A stretch of DNA of 63,570 bases, the filler included, from Phoronis australis (taxonomy: Eukaryota > Animalia > Phoronida): NCBI GenBank assembly GCA_002633005.1. It is 3 parts of 3 records of this genome, joined end to end, with 100 filler letters (N's around TTAATTAATTAA, not from the genome) between each part and the next. Parts side by side here need not be neighbours in the genome. Positions count along the whole stretch, not along the records: positions 34,749 to 63,570 come from NMRA01000186.1; 2 more parts are not named here. One strand, 5' to 3'. Below the pieces are notes generated by a model. It was not told where the DNA came from. It ran no database searches and saw only the letters and a list, made by a program, of their open reading frames with translations. The position numbers and the translations under genes were made by a program. Shown here one piece after another: positions 37,382 to 49,995 of this stretch (position 1 is the stretch's first letter; every line of letters begins with the position of its first letter).

Positions 37382-37733
37382 AGGCCAGGACGTTTTAAAA
37401 ATAAAAACGTTTCGTAAACACGCAAGTTGATGTCAGGCGTGCAAGTTCAATGTCACAGTCGGAAGTCGAACAGCACGGCCTAATTAAACCAGAGCACATG
37501 TTACGCTACAACGAAAAGTTGCAGCCTTCGGTGTATTTCCTATTTGTATTTTCATCAGAAATTTTTCGTCATGCGGAACTCGGTGATTCTTTTCATAGCT
37601 AAAGCGCCAAACACAAGCTAAACGCAAGGCAATCGAGTAACGGTCGTGACTACATCGTCAGGACAAGGTAAAAATTACAAACCCGTTATACCGATTCTCG
37701 GACTGAAGCCGTATACAGTAGTAATCATCTGTT

Positions 37734-38040
37734 GAACGCCTTAGTGACAGGGGAGTTGCGTCGATCCCAAATTACCGTTTCTAAAAATTTTCCTTGTCCG
37801 AAAGTCGCAGGACAAAAATCCGACGTTTATGACATTGTCCGAAATTTGAGGATCGTTGAAAAACATTTTTTGACCTTGTACGAATTNGAACGCTTTAGTG
37901 ACACGGGAGTTGCGTCGATCCCAAATTACCGTTTCTAAAAATTTTCCTTGTCCGAAAGTCGCGAGACAAAAATCCGACGTTTATGACATTGTCCAAAATT
38001 TGAGGATCGTTGAAAAACATTTTTTGACCATGTACGAATT
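37734..38040 (+). repeat. 153-bp tandem duplication separated by a single N (probable assembly artefact)
   Basis: 37734-37886 and 37888-38040 differ by a few substitutions, with N at 37887. Confidence 0.85.
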
Positions 38041-38079
38041 TCGTGGACTATGAATAACTCATTTCGGAAATATTTATTC

Positions 38080-39220
38080 TTGGTCGAAAATGGCGGGCCG
38101 TCCGAAAATCACGCAACTTTACCGTAACCGCTTGAAAAGCCCCATCTTGAGAACAAAATGGCCTCTGTGGGTCAAGTGTGAATCGGTTCTTTAGATATCC
38201 ACCGGAAATGCTCTTCCCTTAAATAACACTTGAAAAGTCCCACGATGAAAACTAAACAGACTCTAGGAGGTACTACAGTGTTTGAATCTGTTCCGAACTT
38301 TAGTGGCGCCACCGCATTGCCATCACATACATCTGTGGTAGCTTTCAATGAAATTCTTCAATCAGTTCTCTACATATCATGCGGAAATGCTCTGGCACAA
38401 AATGACCACTAGGGGGTGCTGCAGTTGCCGAGTCTGCCGGAAAATCGAATGGTGTCACCAAAGTCTCATAATTAACCTATGTGTCAAGTTTCAATGGCAT
38501 CCATCAATTGGTTCTTTAGATCTTTCAGAAATGCTCTTCCCTCAAACAGTCCTGGAAAAGCCCTAGTCAAAATGGCCGCTAAGAGGCACTGCAGTGGTTG
38601 AATCCACACGAAAACTTAATGGTGCTGGCGCATTGAAATCTCATACCCCTGTGTCAACTTACACTGAAATCCTTTAATGGTTTCTCTACATAACTTCTGG
38701 AAATGGTTTCGCACAAAATGGCCACTAGGACACAGAATATTTCGAAACATACATGACTGTACTGTTACCCCCTCCATTTGTCATTCTTTGCAGTATTTCA
38801 CACCTGCTGTGTCCCACACTTCCCTGTTATTGCCTCCATTTGTAATTCTTTGCAGTCTTTCACATCTCCCGTGTCCCAGACTTTCCTGTTACCCCCCCTC
38901 CCCGTTTGTCATTCTTGAAGTACTTCGCACCTGCTATGTCCCATTGTGCATATTACTAGTTTTTGTGAGTCTGTTCTGGAGCTAGTACTGTGTCATTTTA
39001 TTTCCACTTGAGAATGAAACAAGTATGTTTTGAAATACCGGGTGTCTTTTAACCATGTCTCTTGGTCAGTTGATTGTCGAACTCTGTTCCGAGGATGCAA
39101 ACGGAATGGAATAAAGATAGTCAACAATGACAAGTGTCCTGTCTTATAACAAGTTTTGCATAACGGAAAACGTGCTACCCAAGTACAGCAAATACATAAT
39201 TATGTGGGTGCATAAAAATG
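38080..39220 (-). mobile_element. Degenerate, interrupted HINE-like copy
   Basis: Repeated AAAATG(G/A)CC(A/G)CTA(G/A)G subunits at 38080-38740 and a terminal CATAATTATGTGGGTGCATAAAAA at ~39196-39219. Confidence 0.45.
38762..38943 (+). repeat. 62-bp minisatellite, 3 copies
   Basis: CTGTTA..CCTCCATTTGT.ATTCTTTGCAGT.TTTCACA..GTCCCA starts at 38762, 38824 and 38886. Confidence 0.8.
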
Positions 39221-39873
39221 GAATGTGAAACACATGGAGGCATCATTAAGTGATAACACTGTCCTTACTTTGAAAATGGTTCAAAATAAGTTTCGCATGA
39301 AGCGTCAACTGGTGACAGTGAGTCCGGCTTAGGGCCGCTAAAAAACTGCTGATGGTACAGCAAAGGTCGCGAATTTCTATCTATCTGTCAAGAAAAAATC
39401 GGTGGCTCAACTGCTAACTGGTGTACTAATTTTCATCAGATCGCACAGCCAACTGCAGTGCCGACTTCAGTGAAGGCACTTGAACGTTGCACCTTCACAA
39501 GTGTTAAAGAATTACAAAAATACACCAAAGCATGATGATTTGCTGCTGGTGCCAGAATTCAGATCCAAGTGTTAACAGCAATCAAGAGAATGAGATAATG
39601 ACCCTTAGCAGAATGTTGCTTATGTGGGTGGAATTGGCTAGATGACCAATTGTGGACTCAGTGCCGATCTGTCCATCAAAAATTCATGACTTGTGCTCTA
39701 TATTGAAATTTTGAAGATTCATTGATTATGGTAGGATCTCACCATCTCATCAACATCAGACAGACACAATTGCCAAATTTGCCCTTCCCATTTTTCAACA
39801 TTTCATCAAAATACCGCTCATGGGATGTATGACATAACAGTTGGTTGTAAACAGTAATTGCACAGATATCAGG

Positions 39874-39946
39874 TCCTCAGTAGCTCAGTGGTAAGAGCAC
39901 TAGACTAGCAATCAAGAGACCTGTGGTTCGATTCCCAGTTGGGGTT
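39874..39946 (+). pseudogene. tRNA-like sequence (AGC in the anticodon position), tRNA pseudogene or SINE head
   Basis: TAGCTCAGTGGTAAGAGC D-arm/A-box, CTAGA-CTAGCAA-TCAAG anticodon arm with one mismatch, GGTTCGATTCC B-box. The acceptor and T stems are imperfect. Confidence 0.65.
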
Positions 39947-40044
39947 CCTGATTATTCTGTGTTTATTTAATTCACTACAGGCCAACATCAGCGTCTCTAT
40001 ATTAACCATTTTTCAACATGTTTTAGTATAACTGTTTAGTGAAT

Positions 40045-41113
40045 TAAATCAGTTTTTGGCCACAGTAAGATTAAAAACCGGACGATCGCCGCACAAATAA
40101 AAAAGTTCATGTTCAATTCAATGTTTCGCCTTTTCATTAGACATCATCAGGATCATATTTACAACAATTTTGGATAACAAGTACCAACATACAGCTCAGG
40201 TAACATCCATAAAGTGAAGTGAGAGATACATAGAATATAGTCAGTAGCTGGTCATTACCATAGTTGCAGGGTCACTGAGCTCTGCATGTTATTCAGAGAA
40301 TCAGTGGCATCTGCTGGTTCTGAATCATTCTCTCTTAAATGTACAATAACTCCTTATTAGGTTCTCTGCAAATACTAACAGAATTGGCTTAGTTGGTGAT
40401 CGCTGCTAACACAATGGCTATATATGTTACTTTTCTCTGAAGTGTGATGTTCTTTCAACCTGTCACAGAGGCGTCTTTGTGCGAGTCCTATATAGAATTC
40501 CTTACAGTTGTCACATTCAACCTTATACACAACATTGCTCTTGTTTAATAAAGGGATGGGTGACTTCAGTTTACACAGCATATTAGAAAGTTTCTGAAGG
40601 GGTTTGAAAACAATTATCAGTTCAACGGCTGGGTCTATGCAATAAATAAGGTGAGATAATTGACGTTCCAATTTTATACTACTTGGCCCCATGTAACCAA
40701 GAGAAAAGATAACTTTCTTTTTCTTGGGTCCAATAACAGCTACCTTATCTGCCTCATTCATCTATGATAGGAAGTGCCTTTCACAGCTATTCAGAAAATT
40801 CAGAGGGTAACCATTGGCACGTAGTAACTGTAAAGTCCTAGCGACGTGTACGTCACTATCATTTGCCATTCAGAACCAGCATGCCACTGATTCTCTGAAT
40901 AACATGCAGAGCTCAGTGACCCTGCAAATATGGTGATGATCAGCATCTGACTATATTCCCCGTGTCTCTCACTTCACTTTATGGATTGTACCCGAGTTGT
41001 ATGTTGGCACTTGTCCTAAATTGTAAATATGAACCTGATGACATCTAATGAAAACACAAAACATTAAATTGAACATGAACTTCTTTATTTGTGCGGCGAT
41101 CGTCCGGTTTTTA
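40045..41113 (-). mobile_element. Truncated Penelope-like element with GIY-YIG endonuclease and inverted terminal repeats
   Basis: The minus strand reads LLRANGYP (RT C-terminus) then KSNVVYKVECDNCKEFYIGLAQRRLCDRLKEH. 40071-40326 is inverted relative to 40868-41114. AACTGTT(T)AGTGAAT flanks both sides. Confidence 0.88.
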
Positions 41114-42458
41114 AACTGTTAGTGAATACCCGAAATTTTTCAAAATATAATCTAATGATGGCTATGTTACAGCGTTTAAAATGACAATTGTTTACTGCTA
41201 CCTGACGTTTATAAGAAAATGAGAAAAATTTTAACTATATTGTGTCTTAAACTGGCGGGATTTTACCATAGATTGAATTAGTCATGACTAAAACTGTAAC
41301 CAAAGTGGCTATGACAAAAAACACATTTAGATTTAGATAATTTTTCGGGTCTAAAAATTTCCTTAGTCCAAATAGATATGATATCTAAGGCTTGGAAAGA
41401 TTTGACAAATTACTTTGAGACAAGGCTCAACAAGTTGACATTTTATTAGCCCAGCATGCTCAAGATCACTTCTTTGCCAAGACCAAAATACTTCACTACT
41501 GAGATGAGACTAATGTTCGGCGAACTATGTCCAGGTTTCCAGTTCAATTTTCATTTTGAAATTGAATTTTGAAATCTCGAAAATTGAATTAATGTTCAAA
41601 ATTTAATGCTCAATCTGAAATTGAAGAATTATAGTAAAATTTCATAGTTCAGTTAAATTGAAAATTGAAATATTGATCAATGTTCCAATGTTTCATTTTC
41701 CAACCTAAATGGAAATTAGGAATCATGAAATATTCAGTCAATCTTTCATTCCACGAGTGTTTAGATCCCACACTGCAGTGATTGTTTTTCCCAACAGCCT
41801 GTGCATAGTAATCGCAGGGAGATACAAATCGTCATGGACATGAATTATGTACAACCTTTCAACCAATTGCGTTTTGATTTATTGTAAAGTTGTTAAGTGA
41901 CACAAACACAAAGCTATCAAAATTTCCTTTTTCAACCTTGGATCGACAACAGAATTTCCAATAATGGTTCATTTAATTCCATGTTTCAGAATTATTCTAA
42001 TTTCAAAATGAAAATTGAAAATCGAAATAAGGACAACCTTCATGAAATGCATCCATTTAATATTAATACTGATAAATCATCTATGAAATATTGACCACAA
42101 GTTTCATTATCGTATTTAATCTTGAAACTGGAAAGTGGCACAGGTATTATGGGACATGGGTTTATCTCCACTTCAATCACTAATTAAATGCAATTAAGCC
42201 AATGACGTTAAGGAGTCTTGGTAACAGGAAAGTTTTCCACTTTTAATCCCAGAGTTATAAAATTATGTTCACCATGATAAAAATGTCATTTATTAGACGC
42301 ACACTAAATACTAAACAAGAGAGAAGGCCACAGCAAACAATGTACAGAAATTACAAATAGTCGTTTCACCTTCGATTTCCCTTCTTTACATGCCAATTTA
42401 AAACACAAGACACTCAGACAATTCAAATCTAACTTAAACAGTCTCCAATAATACATAC

Positions 42459-42564
42459 CTTAGACCAGCCCTTAGTGTTGAGGAATGTGTCGGCAACCAT
42501 CTCCACATTGAACGTGCCCCGATATACTGTTGGTACAAAACCATGTGCGCCGTGGACAGGTTTC
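42459..42564 (-). CDS. GLB1: Beta-galactosidase (GH35) exon, last one found
   Basis: ttcag acceptor (phase 2) and AAG|gtatgt donor. Reads (R)KPVHGAHGFVPTVYRGTFNVEMVADTFLNTKGWSK. Confidence 0.88.
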
Positions 42565-42603
42565 CTGAACAAACAAAACAATGAAACCATTGCAAAGTGT
42601 CAC

Positions 42604-42858
42604 CATCTACTCAGACATGTAGGTGTATCTGGACTTAGCTGGTACGGCATACATCTACTCAGACATGTAGGTGTATCTGCACTTAGCTGGTAGGGCATAC
42701 ATCTACTCAGACATGTAGGTGTATCTGGACTTAGCTGGTACGGCATACATCTACTCAGACATGTAGGTGTATCTGCACTTAGCTGGTACGGCATACATCT
42801 ACTCAGACATGTAGGTGTATCTGCACTTAGCTGGTACGGCATACATCTTCTCAACATG
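42604..42858 (+). repeat. 48-bp minisatellite, ~5.3 near-identical copies
   Basis: Unit CATCTACTCAGACATGTAGGTGTATCTG(G/C)ACTTAGCTGGTACGGCATA. Confidence 0.95.
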
Positions 42859-42899
42859 GAAATCGCCCAAAGTGCAACATATAAACAAGTTCATTGGAG

Positions 42900-44450
42900 T
42901 GCTTACTCAGCAATACACAAGCTGTATCTTACATAGTATCACATTTCACAACTGAGGTATCAGGACTAGGTAACAGTCTATGAAATTTAAACAGAGAGGG
43001 ACATGTCCAGAGGCTCTCGCTTAGAAACTTAGCTCTGATTTGAGAAAAAGCGCCACAAACAAACAAAAACTGATATTCATCCTCCACACAATTTCTCGAG
43101 CATAATGTATAGATTCTATCTATTACACTGCATTTAAGTGATGACCAATTTCTACTGCAAGTCTGTGGTTTGCACATCGAAAAAGTGTAAAACTTATAGT
43201 TTGCACAAATACTGCTCTTGGAAGATTATCAATTTCTAAGTTTTCTTGTTCAAATACAAGCTTAAAATGTTTATAATAGTTTGACATAGAATTGGAACTA
43301 ACATCGGACCGCCATCTTTGCACAGTCCTGAACACGTTGTGAAAAAATACTTACAAACGACTCTTGGCACGCGACCCAAACATCAGAGAAACCATACATT
43401 GACAATAAATTGCGGACAGAGCTTGCCCAATTATAACCTATGTCTACCATAATGATTTTCATCTAGCCTGAGTTTACAACATGTTGAAAGCAGGCCTTGC
43501 ATAACGTTCCTTTGGCATATTCAAAATTTTAAACCAGTATTTGATACAGCTAACAAAGTATCCCATAAACATAGGGTATCTGCCACATTCACCCAAAACT
43601 GCAGCGTTAGAGCAAAAACCGCCAAGTCCCAAGGTCTACTTACAAAATTTGTTATAAATTTTTTTTAAACACTCATACACTTTAAAACCCCAAATCTCGG
43701 CACCATAATTTAATGTTGGGTATACCAGTAACAAAAGAGAAAGTGCTGTAGTTTCAAAACACATGATGCAGCTTTACTTACTTGACAAGAGTTTTTGTTG
43801 TATGACAATTCAGGTGTGATAAAAGCACCAACATATTTATAATTAGATACAGCATCAACTTGTTGTTTGTCAAAAAACCATTTCTCATTATGTCTTAAGG
43901 AACCTCCATTTCTAAATACAATTATTTTGATTTTCTTTAAATTCACAGCCACACCCAATGAATCACAATGATCACTGACTAAGTTGGAGACAATAATTCA
44001 ACATACGTTGCAAGTTTGACGGAGGCTGTTAGAGAGCACAAAACCATGTCATCTACACACAATATATTTAGTGAATCTAAGTAAATGGAATTTATGTCAT
44101 TACGTGAATTGGGTTTTGATTCTAAAAACTCATTGAGATACATAAGAAATAGCAGTGGGCTTATCATACAGCCTTGACGAGTACTGATAATGCAATTAAA
44201 CAAGTCTGTGAAACCATCACCTGCTTTAACACATGACCTCAGCTTGCTATACATTGATTGCAGAATTGATAACATATTACCATGAACATTAATTTGCATA
44301 AGTCTATGAAAAAGTAAACTGCGTGGTACTCGATCAAAAGCTTCTGAAAAGTGAATAAATGCACAATAGAACCTGCCACCCTTCTTGCTTATGTGTTTCT
44401 GACATAGCATACAAAAGAAAATATCTGATCCACTGTCGTGTAACCCATGA
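42900..44450 (-). mobile_element. Decayed, 5'-truncated CR1/L2-group LINE (RT and C-terminal region)
   Basis: FYCAFIHFSEAFDRV..RQGCMISPLLF..VDDMVL, VNLKKIKIIVFRNGG..YKYVG, FRCANHRLAVEIG and C..VEDEYQFLFVC lie across several frames. Confidence 0.88.
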
Positions 44451-44894
44451 GGAGCTCTGCCCGAGCTTCAAAAAGTTTACCAATAATTTCGGCCTAATTA
44501 TACAATCCGTTACTCAGAATTCTGGTAAACAGTTTCCCAATAGCTGACAGAAGAGAACTCGCAACCGTGTACCCAGACACTTATAAGCCACACTACAATA
44601 ACAGCAATTGCAGTAGTAGAGTCTCCCCAAATATGTCGTCATTCCCCATAAAGTTCATAGGAAGCTACTTGCTGAATTTCACAAGAGTTTTGGGTGATAC
44701 TGCAGCTGATGCCAGACACAGATGACAGCAATATGTGATCAATTCGTGCAGATAAAAGTGGCCAAAAGGAGTGCAGAATATGGCCAGAAGAGGGTACAGA
44801 ATGCAAGTAGGTGGAATCCACCTAAAACCGGGTAAGTGTTGACCTTATACGCCATGATCTATCAAGGAATTTAGTAGATATTGAGGCATACACA

Positions 44895-46220
44895 AAGAAA
44901 ACCTAAACTGCCACTAGGGGACATAGCCCCTGGCCAGTAACTGGAATCGCCTGACATCAGCACCAGTGGTACTCCCCTCAATAGGAACATGTAAATCAAA
45001 TTTCATTTCCATCAAGGAGCTTCATTTGGTACCCAGAATTACCGAAAATAGGCCTTTCAAAAATGGCAAATGCCCGGGCATATTTTCAGAAAGATGGGGG
45101 GGGCTTACTTTCAGAATCTGTGATGAACATTTTAAAAACAGTGCAGTTTCAAAGCAAATAATCACAAAAATTATTCACTCAAGATTGAAAACATTTAGTT
45201 TCTAACAAAGTCACCCATCATCTCTTTAAATGATAGTCATTTGAGTGAAATCGCAATCCCAAAATATGTCTTGCGAAAATAAACAAAATTTTACATCTAA
45301 TATTATAACTTTAGAAAAATTCACCGTATTTTTAAAACCAGCAAACTGTTGAGTTACCAAAAATATCCAAAAGGGCATACTTATGGTAGGCCTGGTTTCG
45401 GAAATTCCCAAAGATACTGAGGCAGACAAAAACAAAATTGCCACTAGGGGGCATTAAAGTATCCGAAGTGGTCTGAAAATCAATGTCAGCCATGCTCTAC
45501 TCAAATAGATCTGGCAAATTTCATGAAAGGATTCCTCAAGCTGAGAGATGAATGCCACAAACAGACTCAAAAATAATGGGTACTAGGGATGTAGAAAACA
45601 TCAATTGCATAAGAACTTGGGAACCTAGCTGACATCATTATCTCAACAGAAAGAATATTATCGAATTTCATAAAAATCTAGGTCGTGCAGGCGTCGCTGT
45701 TTTTCTTCATAAGAATTGTAATGCAAAATTTCACGAAGATAAATCAATGAATATTAGGCAAAGACAAAAAATTGCTACCAGGGTGGGTAAACTCTAAAAA
45801 TTAAGTCAGTCGTACTCGCATCAATAGGAACACATCTGCTATTAAGTTCATAAGGATACTTCCAGCGATTTGGAGGAGAGATGTCAATGGCAAAACAGAT
45901 TCAGAAATAACAAAGATGGCCACCAAGAGGTGAAGAATATGTAGATCAATCCCTTCAACATTTGGGAAGTGTTTTTGTTTTCTCAAAATCTAAGTGCGGA
46001 AGTTCATAAAATTCTGTCAAGAATCTTGGCCAGATACAGAGGCAAAATGTAAAAAATTACCACTAGGGGCACAGCAGTAGTGGGAACCATCCAGAACTCT
46101 ACATAGGAACAAATCTCTGCAAAATTTCATGAAGAACATGCAAGGTGTTTAGGAAATATAGTGGATGCGGGATATCCAAACACAGATGACAGCAATGTGC
46201 AAAAAATTATGTGGGTGGAG
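44895..46220 (-). mobile_element. Degenerate HINE-like copy
   Basis: Recurrent AAA.TGCCACTAGGGG and AAATTTCATGAA subunits, ending in ATTATGTGGGTG. Confidence 0.5.
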
Positions 46221-47703
46221 AGAGAGAGGAAATTTATCACTAATCTGTCAAGTACTTACGAATAGGGTATATGACAGTGTTACAATAACAGTAATTTACC
46301 GAACAGTTCACAAATATTTATGTAACAGGGATGTCTAGAAGGCGGCTAGGGGTCGGTTGATGTACCACGTGGCTGCCCGCAGCTTGCTGCTCTCCAGACA
46401 TCCATCTACAGGTAAGGCCATCAAAATGTTGTCAGTGGACAGTCTGCACTTTATTTACCCTGCAGATGAATGGTTGCAGGTTGTCACTGACTGGTGCTAA
46501 TAGCTTTCAGTGCAATGACAGACTGATGACTGGTTTGAGTTTTGGTTTGAGTTCATGAAATTATTAAATTAAACTTTCTAGACCGTATGTTCAGAAGTCT
46601 ACTCAAACAAAACATCTGGCATAATGTGTTCTATCCGGTGCACTTCCTCAACAAATCAGATGACTACCACTGTGTGACAGCAATCATGCATGAATGAGAA
46701 ACTACTCATTTGCTATTGTCTTTGTGTGGACTGATAATAGTTCATTCGTTTTCAATATGGAAATAAATATGTCAGAGTTAACTTTGTTTCGTAATTAGCA
46801 CACAATGCAGGGATACGTTTTTAACAACTGTGTTCTTGTCATTGTAGATAACTCTGCATTGCACTCATTCCCACATCCATAACAGTTACGTTTAATGCAA
46901 AATTTGTTCAATTGAGAAAGTGCATTTTTAACCAAACGTACTGTGACGAGTCTAAATAGTCGACAAAAAGTTCTCTGTGCCTCAGCAACACAAGTGCGAT
47001 ATTCTTTCTTCGACGTAATTCACATTAGGTTTAAGTGACAGGAATGGGTTCAGCAGGCTTGAACTTTAATGTGCATACAAACTGCGTTTCTCTTTCGCAA
47101 CTTATGAAAATCCATATTTATTTCTCGTCAACAAATCGATTCTCTATTCATCATGCTCATGCAGACTTCTAAAAATTTTCAAAGAGATTTAGCTCACCAA
47201 ATTCGGACAACAATGAAAAGGCTCATTTTGAAAGTTTGCCCAAATTCGGACACCACAAAAATCTTGTCCCGCAATATTCCACCAAGAACAACTTTTTTCC
47301 ATTTAAGAATTAATTTTGAGTGTCCAAAAATCTTTTTACCATAAATATTGTAAGGAAGCTAAGCCTTTCGGCACTTAGAATTTCCTGCCCTGGCTTATAG
47401 TTAGTCAGTTTTACTGTCAACAGCATTAGCCATAATTACAGGGAAATGGTATTTTGTCCTATACATTGTAGTTTGAATTACAAATTAAATAAGGCTAGTT
47501 CACATTTACCTGCTAGTTTCCACACTAAATCCCGATTGGAGCTCAAAAGTAATTTTGTTGACATACTGAACCATCTGAAACTTGTTTTATCCAAGTTTGA
47601 TATGGTAAATTCTTGGGGCTAAGAAAGAGCATGCAATTCCACTTGGAGAATTTACAAACCAAATGATGGTAAAAAAATCAATGTGATAGTCCAATCAGCG
47701 TAC

Positions 47704-47807
47704 CTGAGTATTTGCCCTACGGAGGCAGCACCAGACAGATCCAAGGAATAAATGGCCCATCCAGTCACCAAGCCATGTCCCTCCAATGTCACATTCTGCG
47801 TCAAACC
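47704..47807 (-). CDS. GLB1: Beta-galactosidase exon
   Basis: tcttag acceptor (phase 0) and AG|gtacgc donor (phase 2). Reads GLTQNVTLEGHGLVTGWAIYSLDLSGAASVGQIL(R). Confidence 0.88.
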
Positions 47808-48149
47808 CTAAGACACAAACATAGACTTGTTACAGTTATGTACCATTCAACTGGACTGTTAAAATCCAGAAATTTCTAACATCAATTTCTGAACTTTCAT
47901 CACATTTGATTAAACTTGAAAAACAAGTCTATTGTGTTGGTATACAATGCTGAGGTAGTAAGCTGAGGGGTCAGAGCTTAGACACACAAAGGAGTCAGCA
48001 GGTGAAAGTTATGTCTATTTCTTTAAAAAGTCAACATTTTTTTTCGGTTTGAAGTTTTTTGGTGATAGTATTTCACACAAAACACATCATGAAATTTTTT
48101 GAACATCGTTTGAAAATAGTTAGTTTTAAATGTCAGTTGGCTCTCTATT

Positions 48150-48632
48150 GACTATCGCTATAACTGCTGATTCTCTTCACTGCAACTCAACTGTAATATC
48201 CTGATTAACTATCTTGAACTGACTTGATCTTCTCTTGAACTGACTTGATTTCCCGACTTCATCTGATCTAACACAAACCCGAGCTTGTGTATTTATAGCC
48301 TAATGAATTGTTCTGGAACTTTACATCAATTCAAGCAAGTTCTAGAACTTTCCTGAATCTACCCCACCATTCTACAAACATGTGCTAGTCTCTAGAATAT
48401 TCCAGACTGCATTAACCACTGTCATGCTAGAGTCTTCTATAAAGTTCCACACTATACTGCAGTAAACAAACTACATCATCACTACTGAACTCAGTCTACT
48501 AGAAAGTTCCATACTATTCTGTAGTAAACAAATTACATCATCAATGTACTTAACTCAGGGGTAATGCCAACCAAACTGAATAACAAAACAAAACAATAAC
48601 AACTAATAATACTGTCAGACTATATTCTGACA
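48150..48632 (-). mobile_element. Probable solo LTR fragment
   Basis: The minus strand starts TGTCAGAATATAG, has repeated TCTAGAA/GAACTTT motifs and TATAAATA (48290-48297), and abuts the HINE-like copy. Confidence 0.4.
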
Positions 48633-49730
48633 GCCTATATTCAAAATTTTATGAAAATCTGTTGAGGACCTTTGAACATACAGACTCACTGGTAAATGTA
48701 AAAAACAAAATAGCCACTAGGCACACCAGTTGTCAGATCCGTCCGAAAGTCGTCGTCGTCCGTTGTCAACATCATATAAATACACATGTTAAACTAAGTA
48801 AAGATGCCACAAACGATTAAGGAGATACAGCCATGAAAGCAAAAAAAAAACAAAACTGCCACTAGGAGGTGCCACAGTAGTCAAATTTGTCGGAAAATCG
48901 TCGTCAGCCATCGAATTCATAGTAAAAACATACATGCCAATTTTCACAATAATCCTGAAAGCGGTTTGATTGATAGACTAGTGGACACCAAAAACAAACT
49001 CGAAAACAACAAAAATGGCCACTAGGTGGTGCAAACTCGGTCGAATCCATCTAAAAACGGAGAGATAGCATCACCTCATTAACAGACTGATATAGGTATG
49101 CCAAATTCTATGTAAATATGTTGAGGACCCTTGAACATACAGAGGATCCATTTGAAAGTCGTCGTCCTCCGTTGTTAACATCATATAAACACTTACTAAA
49201 TTTGGTATAGATCCTGCGAACAATTTAGGAAATACAGCCATAGGTGCAAAAAAACAAAACTGCCACCAGGAGGCGCCACAGTAATCGAAGTCATCGGAAA
49301 ATCATCGTCACCCGTCCACTTCAAAGTAAGAAGTTCAACATACATGCCAATTTTCACAGTCATCCTTTAAGCGGTTTGGTTGACAGAGGGGCGGACTCGA
49401 AAACAGTAAAAATAGCCACTAGGTGGCACAAACTACGTCGAATCCATCTGAAAACAAGAAGATAGCGTCATCTCCCTAACAGGTGCCTATATACTAAATT
49501 TTATGAAAATCTGTTCAGGACTTATGAAGATACAGAGGTAGTCGGATCCGTTCGAAAGTTTGCTCACATGCTATCCCATCCCCAGAAGGAACACGACGTG
49601 CAAAATTTCATGACCAAAGGTCAAGGCATTTTGGAGATAGAGCAGTGGACGCCAGACGGACGGACGCCGGATGAACGGACCGATATGACGGCATAATGTG
49701 TCCACATATAAATACGTGGGCATACAAAAA
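48633..49730 (-). mobile_element. HINE-like copy, close relative of 5735-6870 in opposite orientation
   Basis: Reverse complement of the same subunits (GCCACTAGG), GACGGACGGACG tract and CCACATATAAATACGTGGGCATACAAAAA end. Confidence 0.8.
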
Positions 49731-49860
49731 GAGCCGAAGAAAGAGGAAACAGGAAACCAAATAAGAGGAAATCAAAACCAAGAAAAAAGAAATCCAGACC
49801 CTTTAAAAGAGGGAAATTTCAAGACCTGATTTATTTCTGCCATTCAATATCATCCAATAC

Positions 49861-49995
49861 CTTGACATTATTCATCAGATGACTTCCATAATTGATTCTT
49901 CCCTGATTTTCCACAATGATGTCTAGGTGCTGGTTCACTTTCCCACTGATCTTTACAGACCGATTGCCTGTGCGACTCACGACCCCTGCTAATGC
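49861..49995 (-). CDS. GLB1: Beta-galactosidase exon
   Basis: tttcag acceptor and AAG|gtattg donor, phase 0 to 0. Reads ALAGVVSRTGNRSVKISGKVNQHLDIIVENQGRINYGSHLMNNVK, with the LD..VEN.GR.NYG motif. Confidence 0.92.

Noticed and set aside
37734-38040. Recent biological tandem duplication
   Set aside because: The copies meet exactly at a single N, which is typical of an overlapping contig or haplotype join.
39874-39946. Functional tRNA-Ala(AGC) gene
   Set aside because: The anticodon stem is mismatched, the T stem is bulged, the acceptor stem is weak and there is no immediate T-run terminator.
42600-42857. Repetitive 85-aa ORF (CMPYQLSADTPTCLSR)n
   Set aside because: It is a by-product of a 48-bp minisatellite in an intron.
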